From a virus: a stretch of 50,494 nucleotides of DNA. The stretch lies in the IMG/VR virus record IMGVR_UViG_2788500486_000002; one strand, written 5' to 3'. Position numbers and translations under genes: made by a program. The notes under the pieces are model-generated. The model saw nothing but the letters and a program-made list of their open reading frames with translations. It ran no database searches and had not been told where the DNA came from. Below are positions 17,826 through 27,036 of this stretch, piece by piece. Each line of letters starts with the position of its first letter. The stretch's first letter is position 1.

Positions 17826-18809
17826 TTACCAAACGATGTCGGTCTGGCCGAGCACAGTGATAAGGTTCTCAGGACGATACAGAGCAGTGTCATAACGAGC
17901 AGTCGTTACATACTCTTCGCGCTGGCGATCCTTGTTGTACTCTGCGTCAACCTTCGGCATCTGACGCCATGCACCGATCCACGGAGCAATGTCCGCACCG
18001 GGCTGGACCGAGAAGAACAGGGCTGCGGTTGCGTCTGCACCCGAGGCCACGCTGTCGATGGTCTCAGAGAAACCGCTCGGCAGATAGTTCGACTCATAAA
18101 CGTCAAAGCCGTAGATGTTACGCGTAAAGCGCATACCCGTGCCGACGCCTTCAGCAACGATGCCTTCCCACTTGGGGTTGTACGTTACGTCAAGGAAGCC
18201 AGCCTGCGTGTTGAAGTAATATTCAAACGCCGGATCAACAATGGCAATGAGATTGGTCAGAGGCACGTTTGCCTTCTGAAGCGAGTGACGAGCCTTAGCA
18301 AAGTCCTCAATACCGATAACACGCTGACTGTCAACAGTATCCGAACCAACCCAGCGGTGAGCACCGCCGTTAATCATGTTCAGGCTGCCAGCCGTCTGAG
18401 TGTTACCATTCGAGAAGCCGGGCTGACCAGTTTCAAGAATGTGAGCTTCCACATCGACCATGATTGCGCGCATCTGAGCGGGCAGGAACGCAGCTTCGAG
18501 ACGAGCAGCATAGTGCAAGTCCTGACGAGCTTTGTTGGTGATGTAGGTAGCCGAGGCGAGGTATTCGTTAATCTGGAACTGGAACTCACCAGTGGCCATC
18601 GGCGTGTATTCAATCGCCGTGTCTTCGGTGTAGTCGTAAGCGTCCAGATCACCAATGCTCGGGATCGTTAGAGTATCGCCATCCGGGAAATCAATCCAGT
18701 TGACGTACTTGGTTGCATCAAGCGTATCTTTCAGCGACTCTTTAAGCTGGTTCGACCAGATTTCAGAACGGATGAGAAGATCACTATTAGCAGTAGTCAT
18801 ACCACTCAT
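17826..18809 (-). CDS. Major capsid protein
   Basis: 327 aa, downstream of the scaffold-like gene. The pattern IWSNQLKESL...FPDGDTLTIPSIGDL...SATYITNKARQD is familiar from phage major capsid proteins. Assignment is partly positional. Confidence 0.7.
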   Translation of the reverse strand: MSGMTTANSDLLIRSEIWSNQLKESLKDTLDATKYVNWIDFPDGDTLTIPSIGDLDAYDYTEDTAIEYTPMATGEFQFQINEYLASATYITNKARQDLHYAARLEAAFLPAQMRAIMVDVEAHILETGQPGFSNGNTQTAGSLNMINGGAHRWVGSDTVDSQRVIGIEDFAKARHSLQKANVPLTNLIAIVDPAFEYYFNTQAGFLDVTYNPKWEGIVAEGVGTGMRFTRNIYGFDVYESNYLPSGFSETIDSVASGADATAALFFSVQPGADIAPWIGAWRQMPKVDAEYNKDRQREEYVTTARYDTALYRPENLITVLGQTDIVW

Positions 18810-18841
18810 AGGTTAGGTCTCCATATTTTCAATTTGAGAGG

Positions 18842-19570
18842 TTATTCGTAGAACTTAGCGCCCTGTTCACGAGCGTCTTTCATAAGTTCACGTTGTACGT
18901 GCGGGGAGTAGTAAGCACGAGAGTCAGCTTTACGCAGTTCCTCGTAATACTTGAAGTTGCGACGATTAGCGTTGCGATTTAGTGCGGCAGTATTGACATC
19001 ACCCGAGCTCGCATTAGGCGAAGAAAAGGACTTACTGTCCAATCCCACCGTGCGATAAAGAGCCTCAGGGCTTCGACCTGCCATATCCATCAGCCAACTT
19101 ACGTCAACCTTCAGTTCAGCAGCCTTATCCTGTAGGGCCTTCTGGGCTTTTGCTCCACTTCCGTAGTGGTTCGCAAGCTTCTCAGACACAGAGTTTACAT
19201 TGTCCGTAAACTTCTTTTGCGTGTCTCGCTCATTCATCATCTCCGCAATTTTAGCGGACAAGTCCTCTTTATTGTCGTCTTCATTCGGTCGTTGGCCAGC
19301 AGGGTCGGGTTCTTGGCCCCGTGGCTGTTCCTCACTATTAGACTTCTTACGGGCTTCCGCAAGGTCTTTTAGGACTTTGTTTTCGGCTTCAAGTCGCGCC
19401 TTCTCTGCTTTAGAAGTCTGGATAAAGCCATCAGCGTTTGCATAAGCTTTTGCCAGTTCATCAGGGTTGGCGTACTTTTTGCCTTCACCAACGAGGTCCT
19501 CAAAGGACAGGGTAATCTCGTTGTTGTTTTCGTTTTCTTCGATTGGGTCTTTCGAAAAAATATCAGCCAT
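18842..19570 (-). CDS. Scaffolding protein
   Basis: 242 aa, highly charged and helical (KAEKARLEAENKVLKDLAEARKK). Lies between the portal region and the capsid gene. Confidence 0.6.
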   Translation of the reverse strand: MADIFSKDPIEENENNNEITLSFEDLVGEGKKYANPDELAKAYANADGFIQTSKAEKARLEAENKVLKDLAEARKKSNSEEQPRGQEPDPAGQRPNEDDNKEDLSAKIAEMMNERDTQKKFTDNVNSVSEKLANHYGSGAKAQKALQDKAAELKVDVSWLMDMAGRSPEALYRTVGLDSKSFSSPNASSGDVNTAALNRNANRRNFKYYEELRKADSRAYYSPHVQRELMKDAREQGAKFYE

Positions 19571-19596
19571 TTGGTATGGGCTCCAATGTGTTAGAG

Positions 19597-19842
19597 TTAT
19601 TGACTTTCGACTTCTTCATAAGGAGTACTTGGTGAGAACACCCTTTCTGCGCCGATGTTTACACCGCCGGGGGCGGTGCTTTTAGTGATTTTAGCGAGTT
19701 TTGGATCAATCTGGATTTGGTACTCCGGGTTGACCCCGTCGCTAATAGTCACTTCTATGGGCGAGTCGCTTACTTTGTCAATGAAGTTCCTCGGGTTTTT
19801 CCGAAAGGACCTCTTATTTGATGTCAGGTTACGCCTGCTCAT
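19597..19842 (-). CDS. Hypothetical protein (81 aa)
   Basis: ORF in the late operon; 14-nt overlap with the upstream gene. Confidence 0.45.
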   Translation of the reverse strand: MSRRNLTSNKRSFRKNPRNFIDKVSDSPIEVTISDGVNPEYQIQIDPKLAKITKSTAPGGVNIGAERVFSPSTPYEEVESQ

Positions 19843-20116
19843 AATCTCTGTTACTCTTGTCTAACCAGCACAACGCTATAATAGTTTCAAAGGCTTCTTT
19901 TCGACCGTTAAGGTGCGCTTGCTTGTGAGACCAAGATGGAATATCATAATCCGAAGATTTTATATCGCCATCATTTCTAACTATATTATACACTATTTTG
20001 CACAATTTGTCAAGTGTATTTTTATCAGAAATTAATTGAGCCTTAAAAGCATCCACTTCTTCGGCCGGAATATCCTTTAGCCAGCGAGTGTCAAACTTGT
20101 AATTATCGTTATCCAT
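19829..20116 (-). CDS. Hypothetical protein (95 aa)
   Basis: ORF directly downstream of the portal gene (2-nt gap). Confidence 0.5.
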   Translation of the reverse strand: MDNDNYKFDTRWLKDIPAEEVDAFKAQLISDKNTLDKLCKIVYNIVRNDGDIKSSDYDIPSWSHKQAHLNGRKEAFETIIALCWLDKSNRDYEQA

Positions 20117-20118
20117 AG

Positions 20119-21951
20119 TTACGGCTGCTGTCCTTGTGTTGAGCTGGGTTTAACGCCAGCCTTTGACTCTTGGTATCCCTGTACTGTAGCTGCTGCCTGA
20201 TTAGGGTCCATGCCTGCTGTTTGTTTTTCAAGCATCGCCTGTTCCAGCGAACCTTGGACATCTTGCAACTCAGCCATCTCGTAAAGACGTACATTGTCTT
20301 GTACCAGATTGTAGTCTTCCAAACCGAGAAGGGTCTGGATAACCGTGGCCATCTTTTTACCAGAGATGTGGCTGTTGATGGTCGGGTCTTGCGCTAGCGG
20401 GCTGTTAGCGAACTGGACGATATTCTGCATGATGGTTGCGTTCTGGGCAAAGTGCCTTGCTCCCATCGGGCGAAGCTTACCCGTAGCTGTAAGGTCTTCC
20501 TTGGTAATCTTGCGGAAGATTTGAGCTTGGGTTTCATCATCCATGACACGGATAAGGTCTGACTCGTTGAGGTTTCGACGAGCAGTCATAAGCATGTCGT
20601 TCAGCAGAGGCTCAAGGAACATCTCTTCAAAGTAAGATACCTTGTTGATGAACACCTTGTTAGCGCCATTCTCTAGGACTTGGACTTCGAATGCAGTCTT
20701 TTCACCCGGAGTACGGAAACCGACAGCTTCCTTTGGAGCCCCGGCCATCTCTTCCATCTTACGCTCGTACATTTCGATCTGAGTGTCTGCGTTAAGGAAA
20801 GAGGCGTCAGGACGAAGGAATGTCACATCACCGTCTACGTCTGCATAGACACGCTGATCCGGCCCAAACTGGAAGTCTGAGACCTCACCCTTGATAAGAG
20901 GCATCGGGTGAACGTACATATCCCACGCATCGCTCTTGCAATTCTCAAGGTGGTCAATACGGTATTGCAAGCCGAGAAGGTTATCCAACGGGCCCATAGC
21001 GTAAAGGTTGTCTTGGCGCTGTCTCCAACCACAATGGCGAATAGCCGAGTGTCCCATCCAGTTCTCAAGAGGTTTCTTGCGAAGAACGTACGCCCGATCA
21101 ACAACTGTAATCAGGTAGTTCTCATACAGCTTATCTTCTTCAACGTCATAGTAATCCCCGTAGAAATCAAGGACCTCAATGTAGTCGCTGTTGAAGTATT
21201 CCCAGAAACCCGTAAAGCCTGCGTACTGGAAGTGTGAGTTCTTCTTAAAGTCACCAGACGAGTAAGCAGAGAACCGCCTACGAACATCAAGAGACTTCTC
21301 AAACACTTCCTCCATGTACCCCAGCTCAGGACGAGTAGCGATCTCTTTCTTCAGAGTGCCAAGGGTCTTGAGTGATCGGATAATCTTAGGAGCGTTCTCG
21401 AACACCGCCGTAGTGGGATCGAACGTGATGTCCTCAGGGGCGATACGTTGCAACCTTGGGCCTACATAGCTGGGAACTTCTTCCCCTGTGTCTGGGTCAG
21501 GCTGATAAGATGCCTCAAACACTGGCATAGCAAAACAGTTACCGCAGTCAATGTAATCGAGTACAAGGCGACTTACCTCAGTACGGAACTTAGTTTGCCG
21601 AAGCTTGTTTTGCATGTACGCCTGAATGGTCTTACGCTTTTCCTTTGTAGCAGAGTCAGCGTCAGCACCTTCCCAAACGATACTCTTATCATTAGGAAAC
21701 AGAGTTGCCATATAGTTGGCGTGGAGGTTGTCTCGGATTTGGCAAAGCTTAGGAATGTGGACTTTGTTTTTCCAAGGCAACGACGAATTAGATGTAGTTG
21801 TAGTGTTTGTAGCAAACAGATACTCTTGTACCTCTTGCTTAGACTCTAGCCAGTTCTCACGAAGAGTGTCCCACTCGGTCCACTTCATCGCAACGTCGGC
21901 TGCCATAGTTTCGGGGTCTACAAACTCCCGTAGATCAATAGTGCGGGCCAA
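20119..21951 (-). CDS. Portal (head-tail connector) protein
   Basis: 610 aa. Gene order is terL - small ORF - this ORF - scaffold - capsid. The LPWKNKVHIPKLCQIRDNLHANYMATLFP segment resembles podovirus portals as I recall them. Confidence 0.7.
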   Translation of the reverse strand: MARTIDLREFVDPETMAADVAMKWTEWDTLRENWLESKQEVQEYLFATNTTTTSNSSLPWKNKVHIPKLCQIRDNLHANYMATLFPNDKSIVWEGADADSATKEKRKTIQAYMQNKLRQTKFRTEVSRLVLDYIDCGNCFAMPVFEASYQPDPDTGEEVPSYVGPRLQRIAPEDITFDPTTAVFENAPKIIRSLKTLGTLKKEIATRPELGYMEEVFEKSLDVRRRFSAYSSGDFKKNSHFQYAGFTGFWEYFNSDYIEVLDFYGDYYDVEEDKLYENYLITVVDRAYVLRKKPLENWMGHSAIRHCGWRQRQDNLYAMGPLDNLLGLQYRIDHLENCKSDAWDMYVHPMPLIKGEVSDFQFGPDQRVYADVDGDVTFLRPDASFLNADTQIEMYERKMEEMAGAPKEAVGFRTPGEKTAFEVQVLENGANKVFINKVSYFEEMFLEPLLNDMLMTARRNLNESDLIRVMDDETQAQIFRKITKEDLTATGKLRPMGARHFAQNATIMQNIVQFANSPLAQDPTINSHISGKKMATVIQTLLGLEDYNLVQDNVRLYEMAELQDVQGSLEQAMLEKQTAGMDPNQAAATVQGYQESKAGVKPSSTQGQQP

Positions 21952-21953
21952 TG

Positions 21954-22247
21954 TTATTCTTCCTTATAGTCTTCTAGCATATTTGAGAAATAGGCCAGCA
22001 TTAGCTGAATTGACTCAGGGTCGTTATCGGAAGCTGCACAATACATCTCTCCGCTTTCCCTGTCTACTCCTACGATTGCAACATTACTTAACCGATCAAT
22101 GCAACCGATTAGCACGTTGTTAGGCTTCGTAGGTTCGCCTTCTTTCCATTCATCGTATTTATGAACGACAAGCCCAGAGTCGCCTAGATTTTCCAGCGGG
22201 ATGCTGGCAATGGCTTCTTCGTTGTCATCTGGTTCATAAATTATCAT
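21954..22247 (-). CDS. Hypothetical protein (97 aa)
   Basis: 4-nt overlap with the terL stop; 2-nt gap to the portal gene. Confidence 0.5.
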   Translation of the reverse strand: MIIYEPDDNEEAIASIPLENLGDSGLVVHKYDEWKEGEPTKPNNVLIGCIDRLSNVAIVGVDRESGEMYCAASDNDPESIQLMLAYFSNMLEDYKEE

Positions 22248-23782
22248 CCAAGCCCTCCAAATTTAGGGTGAGGTATTACAGTAACGACATCTCTGTGATC
22301 TCGGTTAAAGTTGCCAACAGGCGGGACTGAGATTAAGACAGCCGCAGCAAGAGCATCGCTAACGTCATCGTGAGGAGGGTACTGAGCAACTAGCTCATCT
22401 TCCAACACCTGACAGTTGCCTGCTCGGTAGTGCCACATCGCCATGTTCTCGTAACGAGGCTCAAGAATAGCGGCGATACGTTCTTCCTTTGAACCCTGTC
22501 GAGCCGAGTGCTTCAACTCTTCAATAGACAGGCTAAGGCCGTAAGGTTTAATGTATCCGTCTTTGAGCTCTCGAACGATCATCTTCTGGCCTGCGGTAAC
22601 TTCGGCCCCGAGTTTCTTAAACTGCCACTTAGCGTGGAGCATTCGAATGTTCTCGAAGATTTCAGATACTTTCTCTGTCTTGAACCTCTCAATATCAAGA
22701 ACGTAGATGTTGTTGTCTTTATCCACGCCGATAACTACGATAGCTGTAAAGTCAGATCGTTTATTTGCGGTATAGGCAAAGTCGACAGACGCAAAGATGT
22801 TAAGCCGTTCTTTTTTGAAGTACCAATAGCCACCGGACTGTTTGAGATGTTCTTTTTCGTAGTACTGGAACTTGTCTCGGTTAATCCGCTGATCGCCGGG
22901 ATCGTTTGGGTCGTTGTAATACTGTGCCCGGAACTGACGCTTGTCGAGGTACTTGGCTCTCTTCTTGGCAAGGATTTCAATGTTGAACCCAAACCATTTA
23001 CCGTCTGATCGTTGCTGACGCGGCCAAAGGAACTCACCCACGCCCATGTTAGAGTCTTCAACTTGGCGTTCGAAAATCTTGTAAACAGGGGTCTTGTTGA
23101 TAAGCTCCCCGTCTTTGTTGAAGATTTCCTCTTCCATCTCTTGCATGTCATTGTAGAGGTCCTTTGGGTGGTAACGAGTACCAACAACCCATTCCTCAGC
23201 TTCACCGCCTTCAATAGACGAAAGAAGCGAATACTGCGTACGAACCTTGTCACGACCTTCTTGTGTGTAGGCGTTCTCTTGGACAACAACGTCGTCTAGT
23301 ACAGCGATGTCACAGTGAAGACCCGTAAGTGAAGTAGTCAAACCCCCGGTGAATACCGTAGGGTCTCGAATGCCTTCTTCTTTTCGCTTCGGGTGGTCAA
23401 CAGCGATTTCAGTGTTGGTCCACTTTTCTCGTTTACCTTCTTCCTTTTCAATAAGCTCGGGCCAGTACCTGCGAACAATAGGGCTGGTCAAGATTTGCTT
23501 AATAAAGTAAAGCTGCTTTTCAGCAAGGTTACTAGTTGAAGAGATGTACAGGATACGAATGTCGGGGCGCTTGACAACCATCCAAGCGCACTTAAAAGCT
23601 ACATATCTTGATTTACCGTGGTCTCGGGGTAACAGAGTGAGTTGATGCGAACCAGCCTCTTCCGAAGTAGTCCATCTGCACCACTCACTGTGTATGCCTC
23701 CGATGACTTGCCAAGGAGCGACAAGACGGATAAAGGTTTCTAAATCCGCCTCTGCCAACTCCCTGATTTCATCTTTTGTCAT
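22244..23782 (-). CDS. terL: Terminase large subunit
   Basis: 512 aa. Walker A-like LPRDHGKSRY and Walker B-like CDIAVLDDVV. C-terminal RNaseH-like nuclease half (ASVDFAY...). Confidence 0.85.
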   Translation of the reverse strand: MTKDEIRELAEADLETFIRLVAPWQVIGGIHSEWCRWTTSEEAGSHQLTLLPRDHGKSRYVAFKCAWMVVKRPDIRILYISSTSNLAEKQLYFIKQILTSPIVRRYWPELIEKEEGKREKWTNTEIAVDHPKRKEEGIRDPTVFTGGLTTSLTGLHCDIAVLDDVVVQENAYTQEGRDKVRTQYSLLSSIEGGEAEEWVVGTRYHPKDLYNDMQEMEEEIFNKDGELINKTPVYKIFERQVEDSNMGVGEFLWPRQQRSDGKWFGFNIEILAKKRAKYLDKRQFRAQYYNDPNDPGDQRINRDKFQYYEKEHLKQSGGYWYFKKERLNIFASVDFAYTANKRSDFTAIVVIGVDKDNNIYVLDIERFKTEKVSEIFENIRMLHAKWQFKKLGAEVTAGQKMIVRELKDGYIKPYGLSLSIEELKHSARQGSKEERIAAILEPRYENMAMWHYRAGNCQVLEDELVAQYPPHDDVSDALAAAVLISVPPVGNFNRDHRDVVTVIPHPKFGGLG

Positions 23783-23786
23783 AATA

Positions 23787-25841
23787 TTATGGCTTATACT
23801 TTATTCTGTTACCGTCTGTTGGGTCATACCAAATCTGCCCGCTTACAGCAGCCGCAGCAGTGGTTGGGATATTGATCGGCACAAGACGGTTGATTTCTGT
23901 TGTTCCACTTCCCTGTCCTTGTATTCGAATACCCTGATTAGTGACTGTAGGATTGGACGCCTGAATAACCGAAAGCGATCCGTTAGCGCCCCTTGTAATC
24001 CCGGCGTGTTGGTCCCACTTGACATCGACTTCAGCCGAATTTTGTGCTGACGGGCCTGTCGGAGTGGCTGGGTTAGGGACGTGCCTATCCTGTCTACAAC
24101 CTGAAAGGTGTACGTCAACAGCATCCCACCAGAAGCCGTGGCTTGGAGGAAACACTACCATGATTTCATCAGTCGAAAGAACAGGGGTGTTAAGAGTGAT
24201 ACTATCCGATCCCCACGTATAGTCAGTAGTTACAGTAAGCGCAACACCGTTCTTATAGACGTACCGGACAACCCCGGCTGCTGTCGTAGTATCGAACGGC
24301 AACGTAAAGGTCGTTTGCCCAGCCGTAAGGTTTGCTCGTTTAGCGTCAAAGTAAACCTTATCACTGATTACCCGACAACCAATAAGAGACGACCCAGCAT
24401 CACTGATTTCAAAGGCCTTGTGGCCGTGACACGGAATAACTGTAACACTTGTAATGGTAGAGCCATACTCTGATGCGTAAGGCGATGCAGTGTGTTCAGC
24501 GGTATTTACTTTGCACCACTTAGCCAAACCCGGTCCAACAACAACACCTTCTGCGGAGAAGCAAGTAAGGCCAATGTTGTCCGACTTGGGATTGCCTCCT
24601 TGAACAAACCAGTTACTAATAGTAGTTTTTTGAGGTCCCGGTCTAAAGTCTCCATTAGCAGTAACAGCAATACCCGGCTGAATGTTGATACCCGGCCATG
24701 TCGTTCCTGCGTCAAGGACAGTAATATTAGAAATGAGGTTGAAACCGCGGAAGCCCGCTCCTGACGCTTGGCCCGCTCCCGGACGCTTACCGTAGTTCGA
24801 AATGTGGATGCCGTCAAAATACGTAGGCCCTGACACAATGTCTGCGAGACCGTTAGGGCCTCTGATTTTCCAGTCGAGGCCGTCTGCACCGGTAGCGCGA
24901 GTTGTCAACCCACGGATTTTACCGTTGTAGGATTGCATGTGGTTGCCAAGGCCGTAAGACCCTACATGGTGAATGAAAGTGTCAAAAATCTCATAGTCTT
25001 GCATCACATGATCGAACGTAGTCGACGAACCAAGAAAGATACCATGATGAGAATTGTTAGACTCTCCGGCCCCTTGGATTTCAAGACCGCCTAGTCTTGC
25101 CCTGCCCCATTCAGAACAAAAGATTATTGAACTAATAGAGCCGCCAATGCGAGTGATCTTTGTTTTAGAACTGCCCTCTACCCCAACTAGTCCGATACGC
25201 TCGGTGAGCATAAGGCAAACTTCAATGTTGGACGACACTTGCCCAGAGCCCTCTGAAGTAGTCCAGTATTGAACTGTTTCAGACGAAGCAAACCTAAAGT
25301 TACCCGCAGGCACTCTGATTTCGCCGCCCCCAAGAAGAGCGAGGTAGTTGCGAGCTGCTCGGAAAGCAGGGGCGCTGTCAACAACACCTGTAGGGTCAGC
25401 TCCGAAGTCCGTCACCCAAACACCGAAGTCTTTAATCTTAGACAGCAAACCTCGGACAATAGCATTAGGATCGTCTATAGTCTTGATACCTACAAGCTCA
25501 GCACCGTCTTCCGAAGACAGGTCAGCCGAGTCTACCTTTAAGGCCAGTCCCGCGTTAACGTCTGCGATGTCCGCCTTTGCATTGAGCTGAATAAGAAAAG
25601 CCCCATCGACCACTGTTTCAAGGTCTTGGAGCCTAACGACGTCTGTGGGAATAGACGGCGCAGGCACATTAAGAAGCCTGTTACTGTCCATGTCAATGTT
25701 GCCAGTTACAGAGAGTGACCCGTCTCGGTAAAAGACTTTATCGAACTCATCTGCTACAATGTCGAAGTTGTCGTTGAGAGTAGGAACACCAGAGTTAATC
25801 TCGATGTTCGTTACGTTGTCGACAGTAACTTTAGTGCCCAT
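23787..25841 (-). CDS. Tail fiber / tailspike with right-handed beta-helix (pectate-lyase-like) domain
   Basis: 684 aa. FGADPTGVVDSAPAFRAARNYLALLGGGEIRVPAGNFRF is a typical beta-helix depolymerase N-cap. The N-terminal anchor motif is IDMDSNRLLNVPAPSIPTDVVRLQDL. Confidence 0.7.
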   Translation of the reverse strand: MGTKVTVDNVTNIEINSGVPTLNDNFDIVADEFDKVFYRDGSLSVTGNIDMDSNRLLNVPAPSIPTDVVRLQDLETVVDGAFLIQLNAKADIADVNAGLALKVDSADLSSEDGAELVGIKTIDDPNAIVRGLLSKIKDFGVWVTDFGADPTGVVDSAPAFRAARNYLALLGGGEIRVPAGNFRFASSETVQYWTTSEGSGQVSSNIEVCLMLTERIGLVGVEGSSKTKITRIGGSISSIIFCSEWGRARLGGLEIQGAGESNNSHHGIFLGSSTTFDHVMQDYEIFDTFIHHVGSYGLGNHMQSYNGKIRGLTTRATGADGLDWKIRGPNGLADIVSGPTYFDGIHISNYGKRPGAGQASGAGFRGFNLISNITVLDAGTTWPGINIQPGIAVTANGDFRPGPQKTTISNWFVQGGNPKSDNIGLTCFSAEGVVVGPGLAKWCKVNTAEHTASPYASEYGSTITSVTVIPCHGHKAFEISDAGSSLIGCRVISDKVYFDAKRANLTAGQTTFTLPFDTTTAAGVVRYVYKNGVALTVTTDYTWGSDSITLNTPVLSTDEIMVVFPPSHGFWWDAVDVHLSGCRQDRHVPNPATPTGPSAQNSAEVDVKWDQHAGITRGANGSLSVIQASNPTVTNQGIRIQGQGSGTTEINRLVPINIPTTAAAAVSGQIWYDPTDGNRIKYKP

Positions 25842-25847
25842 AGTCTG

Positions 25848-26123
25848 TTAACGCTTCCTTTGTGCTTTTTTGTTTCGTTTGAACGAGCGGTTCTTAGCTT
25901 TACTTTGCATAGTAAGATTAGACGATTTGTTATCCCGTGGGTTGTTGTTCTTGTGGGCTACGTCTTTACCATCGCCCTTTCGAGCCTTACCCGCTTTAAT
26001 CATCTTTCGCCGAGCCGCGTTACGAGCAGCCCGACGCTTCTTCTGTTTTGTGGTGCTGTTATACTTAGCTTGAGCACGTTGCCTAGCCTTCGTATTCTTT
26101 TGCGTTGTTTTCTTTTTAGCCAT
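25848..26123 (-). CDS. Extremely basic small protein (91 aa, dominated by Lys/Arg by eye)
   Basis: MAKKKTTQKNTKARQRAQAKY...KRRAARNAARRKMIKAGKARKGDGKDVAHKNNNPRDN...RNKKAQRKR. Late-arm position. Confidence 0.55.
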   Translation of the reverse strand: MAKKKTTQKNTKARQRAQAKYNSTTKQKKRRAARNAARRKMIKAGKARKGDGKDVAHKNNNPRDNKSSNLTMQSKAKNRSFKRNKKAQRKR

Positions 26124-26127
26124 GCTG

Positions 26128-26301
26128 TTAATTACCGGTCCCCGGTGTTTTCTTTTTACGATAGTGGCGCATCTCAGCAGCCTTTACCTTTTTCTGGGCA
26201 GCAGACATAGAAGACCCATCCTTTTGCATGGTGGCCTTTACCTTGTTGTGGTATGCCGCTAGGTCTGGATTGCCACGGGCCTTGTTTGCTTTAGCTCTCA
26301 T
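26128..26301 (-). CDS. Basic small protein (57 aa; MRAKANKARGNPDLAAYHNKVKATMQKDGSSMSAAQKKVKAAEMRHYRKKKTPGTGN)
   Basis: Not in the ORF track (<60 aa). Its ATG overlaps the upstream stop (ATGA at 26298..26301), which implies translational coupling. Confidence 0.45.
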   Translation of the reverse strand: MRAKANKARGNPDLAAYHNKVKATMQKDGSSMSAAQKKVKAAEMRHYRKKKTPGTGN

Positions 26302-26870
26302 GGTTTCTTTACAACTTTCATCATACTGATACGAGCAGCGTCATCTTCTTCTTCTTTGGTCAGACGTGCTTCTTCTTTGAGTTTGCCTCGAACTTCTTCC
26401 TTTGATGGCCTACCTCGCGTTTTAAGCCCCTCTGAGGCCTTATCTCGGTCGACCCTAGTGAAGATAGCCTTGGCGGCGGAAATCGCTTCAGAAGGCTTCA
26501 GATCGCCACCTAGGGCTAAAAGACCCCTCAGGGCGTCTGTTGCTTCTTGTTCCAGCTTGGCATTTACTTCTTTATCCCATTCTTCCTTTGCCTCACGGAA
26601 CCACTTGGCTTTCATAAACTCGTTCCAGTGGTCGTAGTTCTCAAGAAGACGACTAGCAGTTTTGTACCCTGTGGTGTCCATGTCCCGAACGTATTCCTTG
26701 CGGAAGTTAATCATTCCGTCAATGTCGTCGTGTAGACTGTACATCGGTTCAATGAGTCGTCGCTCAAGGGGCAGGCTTCGCTGGATGTCCCAGAACAGTT
26801 GGGCTGTGTAGCGAATGTTGTTAGCCGAGCGGAACTTAGGGTTAGGTGTGCGTTTAGCTATTTTAGACAT
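26298..26870 (-). CDS. First late-arm gene; DNA-binding / small-terminase candidate
   Basis: ATG 26870 is preferred because the promoter -10 (26904..26909) lies inside the GTG-26912 extension. The GRPSKEEV motif is common in small-terminase or HTH proteins. Function is uncertain. Confidence 0.5.
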   Translation of the reverse strand: MSKIAKRTPNPKFRSANNIRYTAQLFWDIQRSLPLERRLIEPMYSLHDDIDGMINFRKEYVRDMDTTGYKTASRLLENYDHWNEFMKAKWFREAKEEWDKEVNAKLEQEATDALRGLLALGGDLKPSEAISAAKAIFTRVDRDKASEGLKTRGRPSKEEVRGKLKEEARLTKEEEDDAARISMMKVVKKP

Positions 26871-26903
26871 TGTAACCTTGTATGAGTGTATCCTTTCACC
26901 ATT

Positions 26904-26932
26904 ATTATACACTATTTCTACGTTCTTGTCAA
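26904..26932 (-). promoter_or_regulatory. Consensus sigma70-type promoter of the minus (late/structural) arm
   Basis: Minus-strand reading: TTGACA (26932..26927) - 17 nt - TATAAT (26909..26904). Confidence 0.7.
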
Positions 26933-27001
26933 GTTATTTGTTAAATGACGCTAGACCTAAAATAAAAAGACAATGAAATCAATGCTTGTAAAAATTAACG
27001 C

Positions 27002-27030
27002 TTGACAAGTTGAGCACTTTATGGTATAAT
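27002..27030 (+). promoter_or_regulatory. Consensus sigma70-type promoter with extended -10 (early arm, P1)
   Basis: TTGACA (27002..27007) - 17 nt - TGGTATAAT (27022..27030). Divergent from the late promoter, about 70 bp away. Confidence 0.8.
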
Positions 27031-27036
27031 TACTTG

